Assembly (NCBI GenBank): GCA_964016885.1
Contig: OZ024757.1
Span: 27,900,001 to 27,964,000, forward strand
DNA from: Eledone cirrhosa
Taxonomy: Eukaryota
Direction of reading: 5' to 3'
Length of the DNA stretch: 64,000 nt
Below the pieces are notes generated by a model, which saw only the letters and a list, made by a program, of their open reading frames with translations, made no database searches and was not told where the DNA came from. A program made the position numbers and the translations under genes. Positions within the stretch are counted from its first letter, which is position 1. Each line of letters opens with the position of its first letter. Positions 28,001-40,871 of the stretch are shown here, one piece after another.

Positions 28001-29247
28001 CGATGCCAAAATGAGGGTCACTCATTGTCTTCTTCATTATGAAATCGATGACAATGAGGAAAAGGAAAGGATGCAGCCTTGTCGAACACCCGTCAAGATG
28101 TCAAACATTTCCGTGTTCCTGTCCTTTGTCCTAACGCAGCACCTGGAATGTCGGTACAGCGACCTGAAGATGTTAATATATTTCTCTGGGACACCGTAGA
28201 GTCTTACAATCTTCCACAATGACTCCCGATGAACACTGTCGAAAGCTTTCCTGAAGTCAATGTAGTTGACAAGAGACTTGTGGAACTCCCGACATTGTTC
28301 AATGATATTTTGGAGAGTGAAGATCTGCTCTGAACAAGACCTTCCACTGCGGAAGCCAGCCTGTTCGTCTTGAAAATGACGATCTACTTCTGCTCTCAGC
28401 CGGTTCAGGATGACTGTGCAGAATACCTTCCCTGGCACTGATAGCAACGTGATCCCTCTCCAGTTGCAGTTGCTGGATGGAAGGAGATTAAGCGACCTGG
28501 ACTTTGCCGATGACATCAGTGATAGGCCATTCCCGAGAAGACCTGCAAGAGATGACAATACAGAGAAAGTTGGCCTGTGCATCAGTTGTGAAAAAACCAA
28601 GACCATGTCGACAGGTGACCCTCCAAATCCTCCCATCATGGTTGGTCAGCGTAACATTGAATGTGTAAACCACTTCCAATACCTTGGCAGCAGCATCTCT
28701 GACGATGGAGATGCTGAGGTGGATGTGCGCACAAGGCTGGGAAATGCAGCGGCGGTCTTCCAGCGACTCTGTCCGGTATGGTCCAGGTGTTCCATCAGCA
28801 ATGCCGTCAAATTCCGTGTTTACATGTCCATTGTAGTACTAACCGATATATGCCTGTGAGACATGGAAGAGTACGGAAAGTGTATGTAACAAGCTTGATG
28901 TATTCCATCGTCGTTGCATTCGGACCATATTGAAAATTTCATGCAGAGACCAAGTTAGCAACGAGGAAGTGATGAGGAGGTCAGGAGTGGAGAGGTTAAG
29001 GGACATTGTCCGGAAAAGGAGACGGCGGTCCTTCGTTTGCCAGTGGATTGACCTGCTCATATTGCTATGGATTGGGTACCAGAAGGTGGCAGGAGAGAAC
29101 GGGGAAGACCACGAAAAACATGGCGGAGGACCTGCAGGAGATGGGAATTACCTGGAGAGGTGCTAGAAGGGCCGCCAGTGACAGGATCAAGTAGAGGAAG
29201 CTCGTCGCCCAATGTTCCACAAGGGACTGGAGAGACTAGGACTAAAG
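28001..29247. mobile_element. RTE-clade LINE insertion with 5' inversion
   Basis: Minus-strand RT motifs (NWRGITLLSVPGK, QAGFR, IDFRKAFDSV, GVRQGCILS) at ~28001-28470. Plus-strand continuation (LDFADD, FQYLGS, RGRPRKTW) at ~28470-29247. Near-TSD ataata(t/g)agagaga. Confidence 0.88.
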
Positions 29248-30310
29248 ATAATAGAGAGAGAGTGGTAGTATGATGTAGAATAGTAAAACATTGGTTCATT
29301 GCAAGCATTTGTTTTGAAGACAGCGAGCGAAGTTTGAGATTTAGTAGAAATAGAAGCTTTTGCCTTATTTTTGACAAAAGAAATTTAGCATTCAATCCGA
29401 CGTTCTTTTCAATTCGCCTCCATTATGATTATAGTAATAGTTACGATCTGAGGTCAAATCCCGCCGAGGTTGACTTTGCCTTTCATCCTTACGGGGTCGA
29501 TAAAATAAAGTACCAGTAATGCACAGGGTAATTGCTGGCCTTGTGCCTAAAGTAGAAACAATTATGATTATAGTAATAATTGTTTCTACTTTAGGCACAA
29601 GGCCAGCAATTACCCAGTACAACGCACTTGGTAGATGCCCAAATTTATGAGACAGATTCTTATTGGTCCATTCTTCATTATCTCCCCTGTCATCAATGAC
29701 AACTTGTCAAATTAAGCCATCTTTTCTTATGGTGACAGTTCTTTTTCTTTTTTTTTTTTGTAAAAGAAAAAGTTGTTTGTTATTTCTTTTATCAATTGCT
29801 TCTCGTGGCCCAGCTTCCTGAAGTAGCTATCTGGTTTCAGTTTCGTTTGCTGCAATTTGTATTGCGTTGAACTAGAAAATAAATCTACAGTGTTTTTGTC
29901 GAAATGCACTGGGCTAAGATTTGTGTTACTTCAGAATGATGTCACGCTGTGTAACTTGAAACTTGACTCTCTCAGAAGTTTTCATGTAGGAGAGTTTTCT
30001 TAGAAAGTCTATATAGTTGAGGGTGTGTGTATATATATATGTGTATGTGTATATATATACGTTATATATATATATATATCATCCTTTAACATCCGTTTTT
30101 CCCTGGTATATATATATATGTATGTGTGTGTATATATAAATATATGTGTGTATATATAAATACATATGTATGTATGTATGTTTCTATGTATGTGTATGTA
30201 TGTATGTATATGAGTATGTATATATATATGTATTTGTGTATGTGTATATGTATGTATACTCTGTTACCTGTTTCAGCCATCCGGCTGAGGCCATGCTGGG
30301 GCACCGCCCT

Positions 30311-30346
<36 letters not shown>

Positions 30347-30476
30347 TCATTATCGTTTAACGTCCATTTTCTATGCTTGCATGTGTTAGACAGGTCGTCC
30401 ACAACATGAGACAAGTCAGGCTAGATTGGCCGTGCTGTACCTTGCCCAGACAGACTGTAAAATTGGCTGGGATTTA

Positions 30477-31046
30477 CATTTACAGTGTGGAACTGGTTCG
30501 CACTGTTATGAGGATGGACAGGCCAGTTGGCTGCACCGTACATTGCTCACAGTGGAACCATAGTTTGGTAGCCACAACCACATTTACAGTGAGGAACTGG
30601 TTAGCACTGTTATGAGGATGGACAGGCCAGTTGGCTGCACCGTACATTGCTCACAGTGGAACCATAGTTTGGTAGCCACAACCACATTTACAGTGAGGAA
30701 CTGGTTAGCACCATTATGAAGCGGGACAGCCCAGTTGACTGTGCTGTACTCTGCTCACAGCAAAACCATAGTTTGGGAGCTGCACTTACATTTACGTTTA
30801 ACTGGATGGCACCATTTTGAAGAGGGACAAGCCAGTTGGCCATGTTGTACTCTGCACATAGTGGAACCATAATTAGGGAGACACACCTACATTTACAATG
30901 TGGAACTGGATGGCACCGTTATGAAGAGGGACAGGCCAGTGGGCCACATCATACCCTGCGCACAGTGGAACCATAGTTTGGGAGCTGCAATTACATTTAC
31001 AATGTGGAATTGGATGGAACTGTTATGAGGGGGACAGGCCAGTTAG
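30477..31046. repeat. ~104-bp minisatellite, ~5.5 copies
   Basis: Unit catttacagtg.ggaactgg...ggacaggccagttgg...cagtggaaccatagtttgg starts at 30477, 30581, 30685, 30789, 30890, 30994. Confidence 0.9.
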
Positions 31047-32548
31047 TATATATACAAAGACAGAAATAAATACACTTACAAATATAATGGATTCTGATTT
31101 AGGCACAAAGTCATCAATATGGAGGTAAAAAGAAAGTCAATTAAATCAACCCTAGTATATTACTAGTACTTTATTTCATCAACCCTGTAAGGATAAAAGG
31201 TAAAGCTAATGTCGGCGGGATTTGAAATCAGAACATAAAGAGCCATAACTATGCCGTAAAGCATGTTGTCCAATGCTCTACTAATTCTGCCAATCCGCCC
31301 AAATACAATGCCTGGCCAACAACACATGGTTTATTTTTTGCTCTGTTTTTACATTTTATTTTTCTCCTTTCTCGTAATATGAGACATATCTCTATCTTAG
31401 ACTCTAAACTCCGCCAGTTGCAGATTGCGGATTAATATGAGATATTTTTCTCCATAAAGTTTGATCACCAACAGCCGAGTTTAAAGAGCAAAGATCAAGT
31501 CCAGTCCATAAGTTGACTTCATCCTTTCAAGGTTGATAAATAAACTACAGGTCATGTATTGGGATCAATACTAAGCATCATCCACTCTCTCTCATCTGAA
31601 TCAGCTTCATTGCAGTGTGAGAATTGTTGTGGGAAGCAAACCCTTTCTCCAGAAACGTTCAATCGTCTATTGGTTCTGCTGCCGTAAACCACCATTTTGT
31701 GAATAACAACAACACACATAAAAACAGTAAGAACAGCCATTATAATCACAACAATAAAAACTTCCAACACAACAACAGCACCCATAAAAACATCAACAAT
31801 AACAACAACACCCATTAAGAACTCCCAACACAACAGAAATAACAACAACAACCACAGCAACGACCACAACAGCACCTATAAAAACATCAACAATAACAAC
31901 AACACCCATTAAGAACTCCCAACACAACAGTAATAACAACAACAATAGTAACAACACCCATTATAATAATGACAACATTAAGAACTCTCAACACAACAGC
32001 AACAACAACAACCACAACTACCACCACAAGAACACCACCACCACAACAACAACCACCAGATCAACAACTGTAATATCATCAACAACCACAGCAACAACAG
32101 TAAAAACAATAACAAGAACACTTTGTCTTTTATTTAACAGATGTTTGACAAATGGCCCAGAGGAGGAGACAGTGAGGGGGGGAGAGAGAGAAAGAGTAAG
32201 AGTGCTCTGTTGGTGGTAAGTAACTTTAGAGAGAGAAAATTTGTCAGGCATCTTGTCTTCGTATAATGTTTCTATGTTGGGAAATGGATGCCATAAGAGA
32301 TGAATGGCTGGATATGAGGGATTTTAAAAGCCTCTAACCTACAAACGGATTCTAGAAAAGGGATATTATTTGGAAGTGATGATGGTGGAAGGGGGTTAGG
32401 GTTTGGGGTGAGATCAAGGAAACAAAGAAACCTTTTGTTTCTTAGTTCTTTATAAGTTTATATATATATATATATATATAAACATATATATATGTATACA
32501 TATATGTATATGCGTATCTCTCTCTCTCTTCGTCCCTCTCTCTCTTTA

Positions 32549-32579
<31 letters not shown>

Positions 32580-33779
32580 CCAGAGTCAGTCTTTAACACA
32601 CAGCACCTCTTCCTCACAACTTTGGCTTTTACATTAACATTTACAACCTTCATATTGTTTTATTACATAGATATTTAAGTAGGAACATAAGAAATCTTTT
32701 AAAGTAATAAATATATAAAGAAAACAATCACATTAAGAGACAAATAAAATACATTGAATTAGTTTAATAAAAGTAAAAGAAAGAAATTTACAATTTGAAA
32801 GAAAAAGAGAAGAAAAAAATTAAAATTTTTTGCAGTTTATTTTCCAGTTGTTTATTTGTTATTTGAGATAAAATATGCATTATAATGTTATTTATGCTCA
32901 TTATAAAATGGCAGGTCATCACCCTTTGTCTAAAATTTACCAGTAGAAATTAAGGGAAATATTAGCACACCAGCCATACTCAAGTGTATAAACACACACA
33001 TGCATCCACACAAAGACATTAACTTATGCACACACATACACAGGTATGCATGCATATATATATATATGTACATATATAACAAACAGCACAGTGCATGGAA
33101 TGAATATATTAGTTTAACGCTTATATATATATAACATTAACATGGATCCTGAGCAACCTATCTGTGAAACAGTTATAACTGTGCATAATCAATAAAAACC
33201 TTAATCTGAAACCTTGTTTTGTTCTTCTTCTTATATATATAAATGTGTGTTTGTATATACCTCTCACCATATTGCAGTTTTGGTGGTCTTATTTGCACCA
33301 GTCACTAATCACAGACCTGCGAAGACTAGGCTTTTTTCAGAGGCAGCTTTAACTTGCCTTGTCATAGCTATATCACAGGTTTGTGAGAGTTTTCTTGGGA
33401 ACTAAAGTTGTCACCCTTTGCTCCATCTCCCCTAATAGTTTATTGCTGTTGGTCTGGAGTTGCTTACTAGTCAGGCAGGTGCCTACTTATATCGCAACTA
33501 ACCATCATATCTGGTGGCCATATCACTATCTGCCACCTACGCCCCATTCTCTACCTGGATCAATTGAAGATGGTTGCTTCTGACAGGACATGCTGAAAGG
33601 AGTATTTGAGGACTCTGCCTCTATGACCCTCTCAGGAATAAGTGGGCAAAGAAGATGTATGTATATATATCTTCTTCTTCTTCATATCATTTCCTTGTGC
33701 ACATTGAATCAGATCCTGACATAATCCTTCATAACCTTGGTGAAACAATTCCCTTTGCAACATCTGCTGTTTGAAATGA

Positions 33780-34160
33780 TCATGGAGCTTCTATTCATGG
33801 TGTACCCCTTGCTGTCAACACTAAGCTGTTACCTTTTCTTTTGTCCATCGGGAAAGTTGATGAATGCATTCTTGTGGCCACCATTAAGGGAAATCTGAAA
33901 ACGACAAGTGATTTCTTGTTATTCTTCTTACAATGCCATGTCTAAAGAAGAGGTTGTAAATTTCTATCAAAAGTTGAGTAGTATCATTGACGAAGTCCCA
34001 CTACACACTATGTTATTGATTGGAGGAGACATGAATGCTAATGTGAACAATGGCTTCTGCCTTCACCAGTCAATCAACAGAAATAATGGCCTGTACCTAA
34101 TTGATTTCATTCAGCAACACAATCTGATCATCAGTAACCTGTCTTTTCAGAAACCCTGTA
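33780..34160 (+). mobile_element. LINE apurinic endonuclease fragment
   Basis: FYQKLSSIIDEVP...LLIGGDMNANV...NGLYLIDFIQQHNLIISNLSFQKP, typical of the LINE APE domain. Confidence 0.75.
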
Positions 34161-34912
34161 TATAAATGGTGATGATGATGATATATATATATATGGAGGC
34201 ACATGGCTTAGTGGTTTGAGCATTGAGCTTGCAATAGAAAGGTTGTGAGTTCAATTCTCAGACCAGGTGATGTGTTGTTTCCTTGAGCAAGACACTTTAT
34301 TTCACATTGCTCCAGTTTACTCAGCTGTAGAAATGAGATGATAGGACTGGGGTCCCTATCATTCCACTGCAAAGTGGTTGTGGAGGTGCCACGGCATAAA
34401 AGCACCCAGCCCACACTGTAAAGTGGACGTGTAGACGCCATGGAAAAAAAGCACCCAGCACTCACTGTAAATGAGGTTGGTGTTAGGAAGGGCATCCAGC
34501 TGTAGAAATCAAGCCAGAATCAGTTCCCGTCCCACCCTTGCAAGCAGGGAAAAGCGGACGTAAAATGATGATGATCATCATCATCATTGCTTTACGTCAA
34601 TTCTTCCTCTCTAGCATGGGTAGGATGGGTTGTCCTGTTGTGGGCAGTGCCAGGTCAGGTGACCTTGTCTTGCTCATACGGGAACTGATTTTGGCTTGAT
34701 TTCTTCAGCTGGATGCCCTTCCTAACACCAACCTCATTTACAGTGAGTCCTGGGTGCTTTTTTACTGTGGTGCCTACATATATATATATATATATAGTAA
34801 TAATAATAATAAATTTGAAGACTAAAATCCAAAGAGGGCTCGATAAGTTTCAGAAGATCCCGTTAAGGGTGAAAGCAGCGATTCTTTGCTTAAACTTTAA
34901 TCTGTTATTTTA

Positions 34913-34947
<35 letters not shown>

Positions 34948-36311
34948 CATACAGACAGACATGCACATACAAGCATTAATTAGAAATATGTTTGAAAATT
35001 TTATTCTAAATTAAGAAGAAAAAAAAATGTCAAGCAAAACAGGTAGAGTCCTCTTTAGTTGTCTGAGATTGTGTCAGTGCAAATACATAAAGGTGAAGCA
35101 ATGAAAACATCCTGTTCGTTAAATGAGTCACTGGTTCAGATGTTAGTAAGAGCTGGCATCAACAGCAACACCACTTTAAGTGGAAATAAGTTGCAACACT
35201 TTCTTGTGAGGAATTCTTGTAAGAAAACACACTAACCACCAAATCCAACGAATCAACAACAAGCAACAAGTGACCAGTCACCAAACCAGCCAATCAGTGG
35301 ACAAAACGAGTAAGATCTCTGCTAGAAAAACCACCAAAGCCATTTAATCTCAGTTTCTCCAACTAATTATGGTAAAGAAAGCTGCAACAGGAAACTCTTG
35401 CAGCTCGCAAACAACCTTTGGTGGTGCTTTTAATTATTTTTGGAGACTTAAAACCTCGCCAACGTCGATGAAGATTTTTTTTGATTTTTTTATGGAAATA
35501 TTGCTTGACCTTCTGACCTCTCTGGTGAAAACGATTGTTGTTATTGTTGTTGTTTTGATGAATGTTCTTATTCCAACTCTCCACTCCACTTAGTCAAAAA
35601 GTAGGTGAGGCTATTTGAGTGAGAGGATGTTTTGGAGAAAATAAAAACAAAAAATGATTCAAATGATTCATTTTCATTGTATATTTAATTATAGCGTACA
35701 ATATTATGTTTTTAAATAATTTAAAATGTAAGGCATAATAAAATACTTGTGAATAAGTACACCCTTTTCCATGAAATACTTGGGAAAACCAGCATGCAAC
35801 TTATTTACTAGATCAACTACACCACCACTTTACAGTATGGGCTGGGCACTTTTTGTTGTGTCGCCATCACAACCACTTTACAGTGAACCCCATATCTTCC
35901 AGCTGGAAGATATGAGAGTTCATTTGCTAATTACGGGCAATGGCAACTTCTTTTTCCATCTTTTAAGGGTTTCACCCTATTTCATAAGCTATCCTTATAG
36001 CATTTCTGCACTTATCCATAAGGACATAACACTACTTCAACTCTGCACACTCTTAAATTAGTGCATACATATGAAGACCACTATCGGTCGCAAATGATCA
36101 TGGGATTTGCAGGTCGTTTTTGTTGAAGACTGGCAGTGGCCCATGCATACCAGTCTCCCCTCTCCATGCCGCCGATCTTGTCCAAGGGAAAGGCAGGTAA
36201 AGCAATATGAAAAATGAAATTAATTATTAATAAGATCACTTTAAAAAGTGATGTAGGTAAAGTTGAGGGGAAATTAAAATGAAAAATTAACAATATCACT
36301 TTTAAAAATCA

Positions 36312-37218
36312 GGTGTGGTATGGTGTGATGTGATGAAATGTTGTGTACTGTGGTGTGGTGTAGTGTGGTGTGGTGTGTGGTGTGGTGTAGTGTGATGTAG
36401 TGTAGTGTGGTGCGGTGTAGTATGGTGTGGTGTGGTGTGATGAAATGTTGTGTACTGTGGTGTGGTGTAGTGTGGTGTAGTGTGGTGTGGTGCTGTGTAG
36501 TATGGTGTGGTGTGATGTGGTGTGGTGTGGTGTAGTGTGATGTGGTGTGGTGTGGTGTAGTGTAGTGTGGTGCTGTGTAGTATGGTGTGGTGTGATGTGG
36601 TGTGGTATGGTGTGGTGTGGTGTGATGTGGAGTAGTGTGGTGTAGTGTGGTGTGATGCTGTGTGATGTGGTGTGGTGTGTGGTGTGGTGTAGTGTGATGT
36701 AGTGTGGTGTAGTGTAGTGTGGTGCGGTGTAGTATGGTGTGGTGTGGTGTGATGTGATGAAATGTTGTGTACTGTGGTGTGGTGTAGTGTGGTGTAGTGT
36801 GGTGTGGTGGTGTGTAGTATGGTGTTGTGTGGTGTGATGTGGTGTGGTTTGGTGTAGTGTGATGTAGTGTGGTGTAGTGTAGTGTGGTGCTGTGTAGTAT
36901 GGTGTTGTGTGGTGTGATGTGGTGTGGTGTAGTGTGATGTAGTGTGGTGTAGTGTAGTGTGGTGCGGTGTAGTATGGTGTGGTGTCGTGTGGTATTGTGG
37001 GGAGTAGTGTGGTGTAGTGTGGTGTAGTGTGGTGCTGTGTAGTGTTGTGTGGTGTGGTGTGGTGTGGTGTGGTATGGTGTGGTGTAGTGTGATGTAGTGT
37101 GGTGTAGTGTAGTGCGGTGCAGTGTAGTATGGTGTGGTGTGATGTGGTGTGGTGTGGTGTGTTGTTGTGTAGTATGGTGTGGTATGGTGTGGTGTGATGT
37201 GGTGTGATGTGGTGTAGT
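36312..37218. repeat. Degenerate pentamer satellite (GTGTG/GTGTA/GTGTGAT)
   Basis: About 900 bp of (gtgtg/gtagt)n. Source of the spurious HHTT ORF. Confidence 0.95.
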
Positions 37219-37399
37219 CAGTGCCAGATTTACGATTGTGCTTAGGTGTGCTTTAGAACAGGACCCCGTTGGCCAAGGCAGAGGGGCCCATCTTCTGGAC
37301 AAAAATTTTTTTTACAATGAATTACCTCCTTCAGGGTCCAAGTAAGGGGCCTCATAACTTAACTAGCACAGGACCTCATTTGTCCTTAATCTGGCACTG
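37219..37399. mobile_element. hAT-like MITE with 8-bp TSD inserted at the satellite edge
   Basis: TIR cagtgccagatt / aatctggcactg. TSD ggtgtagt at 37211-37218 and 37400-37407. Confidence 0.8.
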
Positions 37400-37850
37400 G
37401 GTGTAGTGGTGATGTAGTAGTGTGGTGTGCTCATTGGGGAACTTGATTATGTTACTAACTTCCTCAGTATAAATCTTGAGAAGCTGGGCTTCACAGAACC
37501 AGAAAGAACATGGTTAATTCCAAATACAGTCCATGAATAGAACAGTAAATATATGTAAAACATTTCAGAAATTTAGTATGTAATATCTGCATATACACAC
37601 TTACAGATATAGAAACTGATATATATGTGTACATGTAGCTCAAAACATACAAATCCACACATTCAATAACATCCATACCTGCCTAAACACATACATACAA
37701 AATTACCAAGTTGATGTTATCTAAATTCCAATGAAAGAATCTTGTTTCTGAGTTAGAAACCAGTTCTCTCACTATTTGTGAGAATTTAAAAATAATAATA
37801 ATAATAATAAAATATACATGCTTACATATAATTTCTTTATGTGTAATAAC

Positions 37851-38266
37851 CACATCATCTTCCGTATTCCCAATCTTTGCTCCCAAATACAAGAAGCCCT
37901 CAACCAATTCTAGCGGCTTCCCGCTTACATTAGTGATCCCCTCTGGCTTCTCAACATTCTCTACCAGATATTTTGTTTTAGTCTCATTCATTCTCAGCCC
38001 CACACTCATCGACACAGTCTCAACCTCCCGCATCAAATCCTCTGCCTCCTTCACTGTATTTGTCACCAAAACTATGTTGTCGGCAAATTCAGCATCCGAT
38101 ACATGGACACACTAGAAGAGGAAGACCAAGGTTAACGTATGTTGATGCCCTAAGGACAGACACTGGTATATTGGAGATGCAGGATATGGCAGCGATAATG
38201 AGGGACAGAGACCGCTGGAGAGAACTCGTCCATGGATCTCGGGAATTTTACCCGCCTTAGAATAGA
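37851..38266. mobile_element. Short RTE-like LINE insertion with 5' inversion and 12-bp TSD
   Basis: Minus strand: AEFADNIVLV...GLRMNETKTK...FLYLG. Plus strand: RRGRPRLTYVD...RDRDRWR..* with tagaa tail. TSD atgtgtaataac at 37839-37850 and 38267-38278. Confidence 0.85.
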
Positions 38267-38360
38267 ATGTGTAATAACAATATAATCAAAACAAATGGCA
38301 ATAACCACATGTAACAGAACAACAATCTTTTAAGAACCAACAATCCAACACACTAACTCG

Positions 38361-38541
38361 AACTGTGAACTTGAACTCCAACTTTAACTATCAACACACG
38401 AACTGTGGAACTAGTACCAACTTTGACTATCAACACATGAACTGTGGAACTAGAACCGACTTTGACTATCAACACATGAACTGTGGAACTAGAACCGACT
38501 TCGACTATCAACACACAAACTGTGGAACTAGAACCGACTTC
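38361..38541. repeat. 39-bp minisatellite, ~4.5 copies
   Basis: Unit aactgtggaactagaaccgactttgactatcaacacatg. Confidence 0.9.
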
Positions 38542-40768
38542 TTCACTTACTCAGGCCGCTACTATTTATATGTAGTGGTCCAGCCCATTCTTGCAGGGGG
38601 TGGGGGGGGGGGGGGGTGGCACTGTACTCTCACACAAAAGGTAGATGGTCTTTTGTGATGTCCCCATGTGTCCCAGTATCTGTTCCGCATGCCACTCAGC
38701 GAACTGACGATGCATAATACTCATTCATGCTGAGCACCTAACATCTCTCAGTTTGAAGACCCACCTGCATGGTGAAGAGCCACATCTTGTGCCTCTGATA
38801 CAGCTATCATAGGATACAGCAAGAACTGGATGCATTTTCTTGTGGCACCAGCACTACTACTTTACAGTGTGAACTGAGTGCATTTTACTGAGACACCAAC
38901 ACTACCAATATGACATATACTAAAAATACACCAAAAAGTAAAGGGTTGTGGTTGGTGGTTGCGGATAGTTGTGGTGGTGGTTTTTATGTTTGGTGGTTTT
39001 TATATTTGGTGGTAGTGCTTTTGGTGGGGTTGGTGTGGGATATGGTGGGGAGGGAAAGACAACTCAAGTAGTCATCAACTCTTCTCTCTGATTGGCCAAT
39101 TTACTTGATGATGTAACGAATGGGTGTAAAATATAGACAACATTGGCTCTGTCATCCAAAGTCCACTGGCAGTCCGGGTTTAATTGGTAGGTAAGGAGGG
39201 GAGGCATGGAGAGAGGTAGGGGTAATATTAATTGGATATCTTGAACGTAAAAACAAACAAAAATTAAATTTGAACAAAAAATATGACAAATTTTTTTTCA
39301 GATGAAAATACCCAAGAACTAAGGTGAATGTGGATGGTTATGTGTGTGTTTGTATATTTCTTTGTGTGTGTGTATGTTTGTGTGTTTGTGTGTATGTGTG
39401 TATGTTTGTGTGTGTGTATGTTTGTGTGTGTGCGTGTGTGTATGTTTGTGTGTGAGTATGTTTGTGTGTGTGTGTGTATGTTTATGTGTGGGTGTGCTTT
39501 TATGTGTGAATGTATGTTTCTGTGTGTGTCTGTGTGTGTGTGTTTGTGTCTGTGTATGTCTGTGTGTGTGTGTATCTGTGTGTGTGTGTGTGTGTGTGTA
39601 TGTCTGTGTATGGGTGGAGAGTTGAGATTAGAAGAGGTTCAACAATATCCTGTGTGGAAGGATGTAAGTCTACACGATGTTGATGAGGGCCTGTGGCGCA
39701 GGTTTCTGGATGAAAGGTCATAGCGGTAGTGGTCTAGTGTAGTGGTGGTGATGGTGGCGATACTGTAGTGTTGTGACGTTGACGATGGGTGTGGTGGGTG
39801 TGGTGGCGGCAGCAGTGGTGGTGTAATGTTGTGGCATTGATGGTGATGGTGGTGGTGGTGGTGTTGGTGGTGGTGGTGGTGGTGGTGGGGGGGGGGGGGG
39901 GGTGATGGTGTCATTGGTGATATGGTGGGGAGGGGAGAATGGCTTATGATCTATGACACAGTGTCAAACGCAGTAGACATGCACACATACACCAATATAC
40001 ATATATATATAGAGAGAGAAAGAGATAGATAGATAGATAAATAGATATAGATTGTGTGTATGTATATATAGACACACATAGATTACATAAATGGTTATAA
40101 GCCAATGAGATAGGTAGATATAAATTGGGGGTGCAAGCTGTATATATTGAGTAAACTCTGAGTACAAGATTCACTAAAGGGAAAAATTGGAGATAAAGCT
40201 ACAACAAAAAACACCAACAGACAGAAATTTATATTTATTTATTATCAAAACTATATTTTTTCTACCAACATACTCATAATTATATATTCATATTATAAAA
40301 CAATAATATCAACAAAATCAACAACAAAAAGAGCAATAATAATATACAACGAAAAACAACAGATAAAAAAATACATAAACATTAATTACAAAAACAATTT
40401 GTATATAATCTGGCTTTAGATCTGTAAGACAAGAAGGAAGATGAACGCACGATAATAATAATAACAACAACAATAATAATAATAATAATAATAACCAATG
40501 TGTTAACCCAAAACTTGAATCATTAAATCAGTAAGAGAAGAAGAAGAAGAACAACAACAACAACAAAAACAACAATCACTAAAATACAAAAGAGAAAAAA
40601 GAAAGCAAGATTTGAAGAAAAGAAAAAAAAAGGACTCATATACACGCACACATACTCTCTCTCTTCTCTTTCTCTCTCACATGCACACACTCACATAGAC
40701 TCCCACTCACCCACGGAATATAGACTATATAGAGAAAGACGCATCTTTGTAAGTAAAGTTGACCAAGA

Positions 40769-40871
40769 ATGATTAAACCTCCAATGAAGAAGATGTTCGT
40801 GAATTTATATATATTGGTGTCATTATTTTTATTTGTGGAGAAACTTTTAGTCAAAGCTGCAACAGTTGGAG
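40769..40871 (+). CDS. Signal-peptide exon (MIKPPMKKMFVNLYILVSLFLFVEKLLVKAATVG)
   Basis: Basic N-terminus plus hydrophobic core. Phase-1 donor g|gtaagg matches the CCP exons. Start could also be the ATG at 40784 or 40793. Confidence 0.75.

Noticed and set aside
34845-34920. Repeated cagaagatcccgttaagggtgaaagc element (also ~42121) as a hammerhead
   Set aside because: The core deviates (CAGAAGA) and helices I and III are not convincing. Treated as a short dispersed repeat.
36274-37302. 342-aa His/Thr-rich ORF
   Set aside because: Translation of a pentamer satellite, with no splice or domain evidence.
38361-38541. CRISPR-like appearance of the 39-bp and 104-bp repeats
   Set aside because: Head-to-tail units without unique spacers, eukaryotic context, no cas genes.
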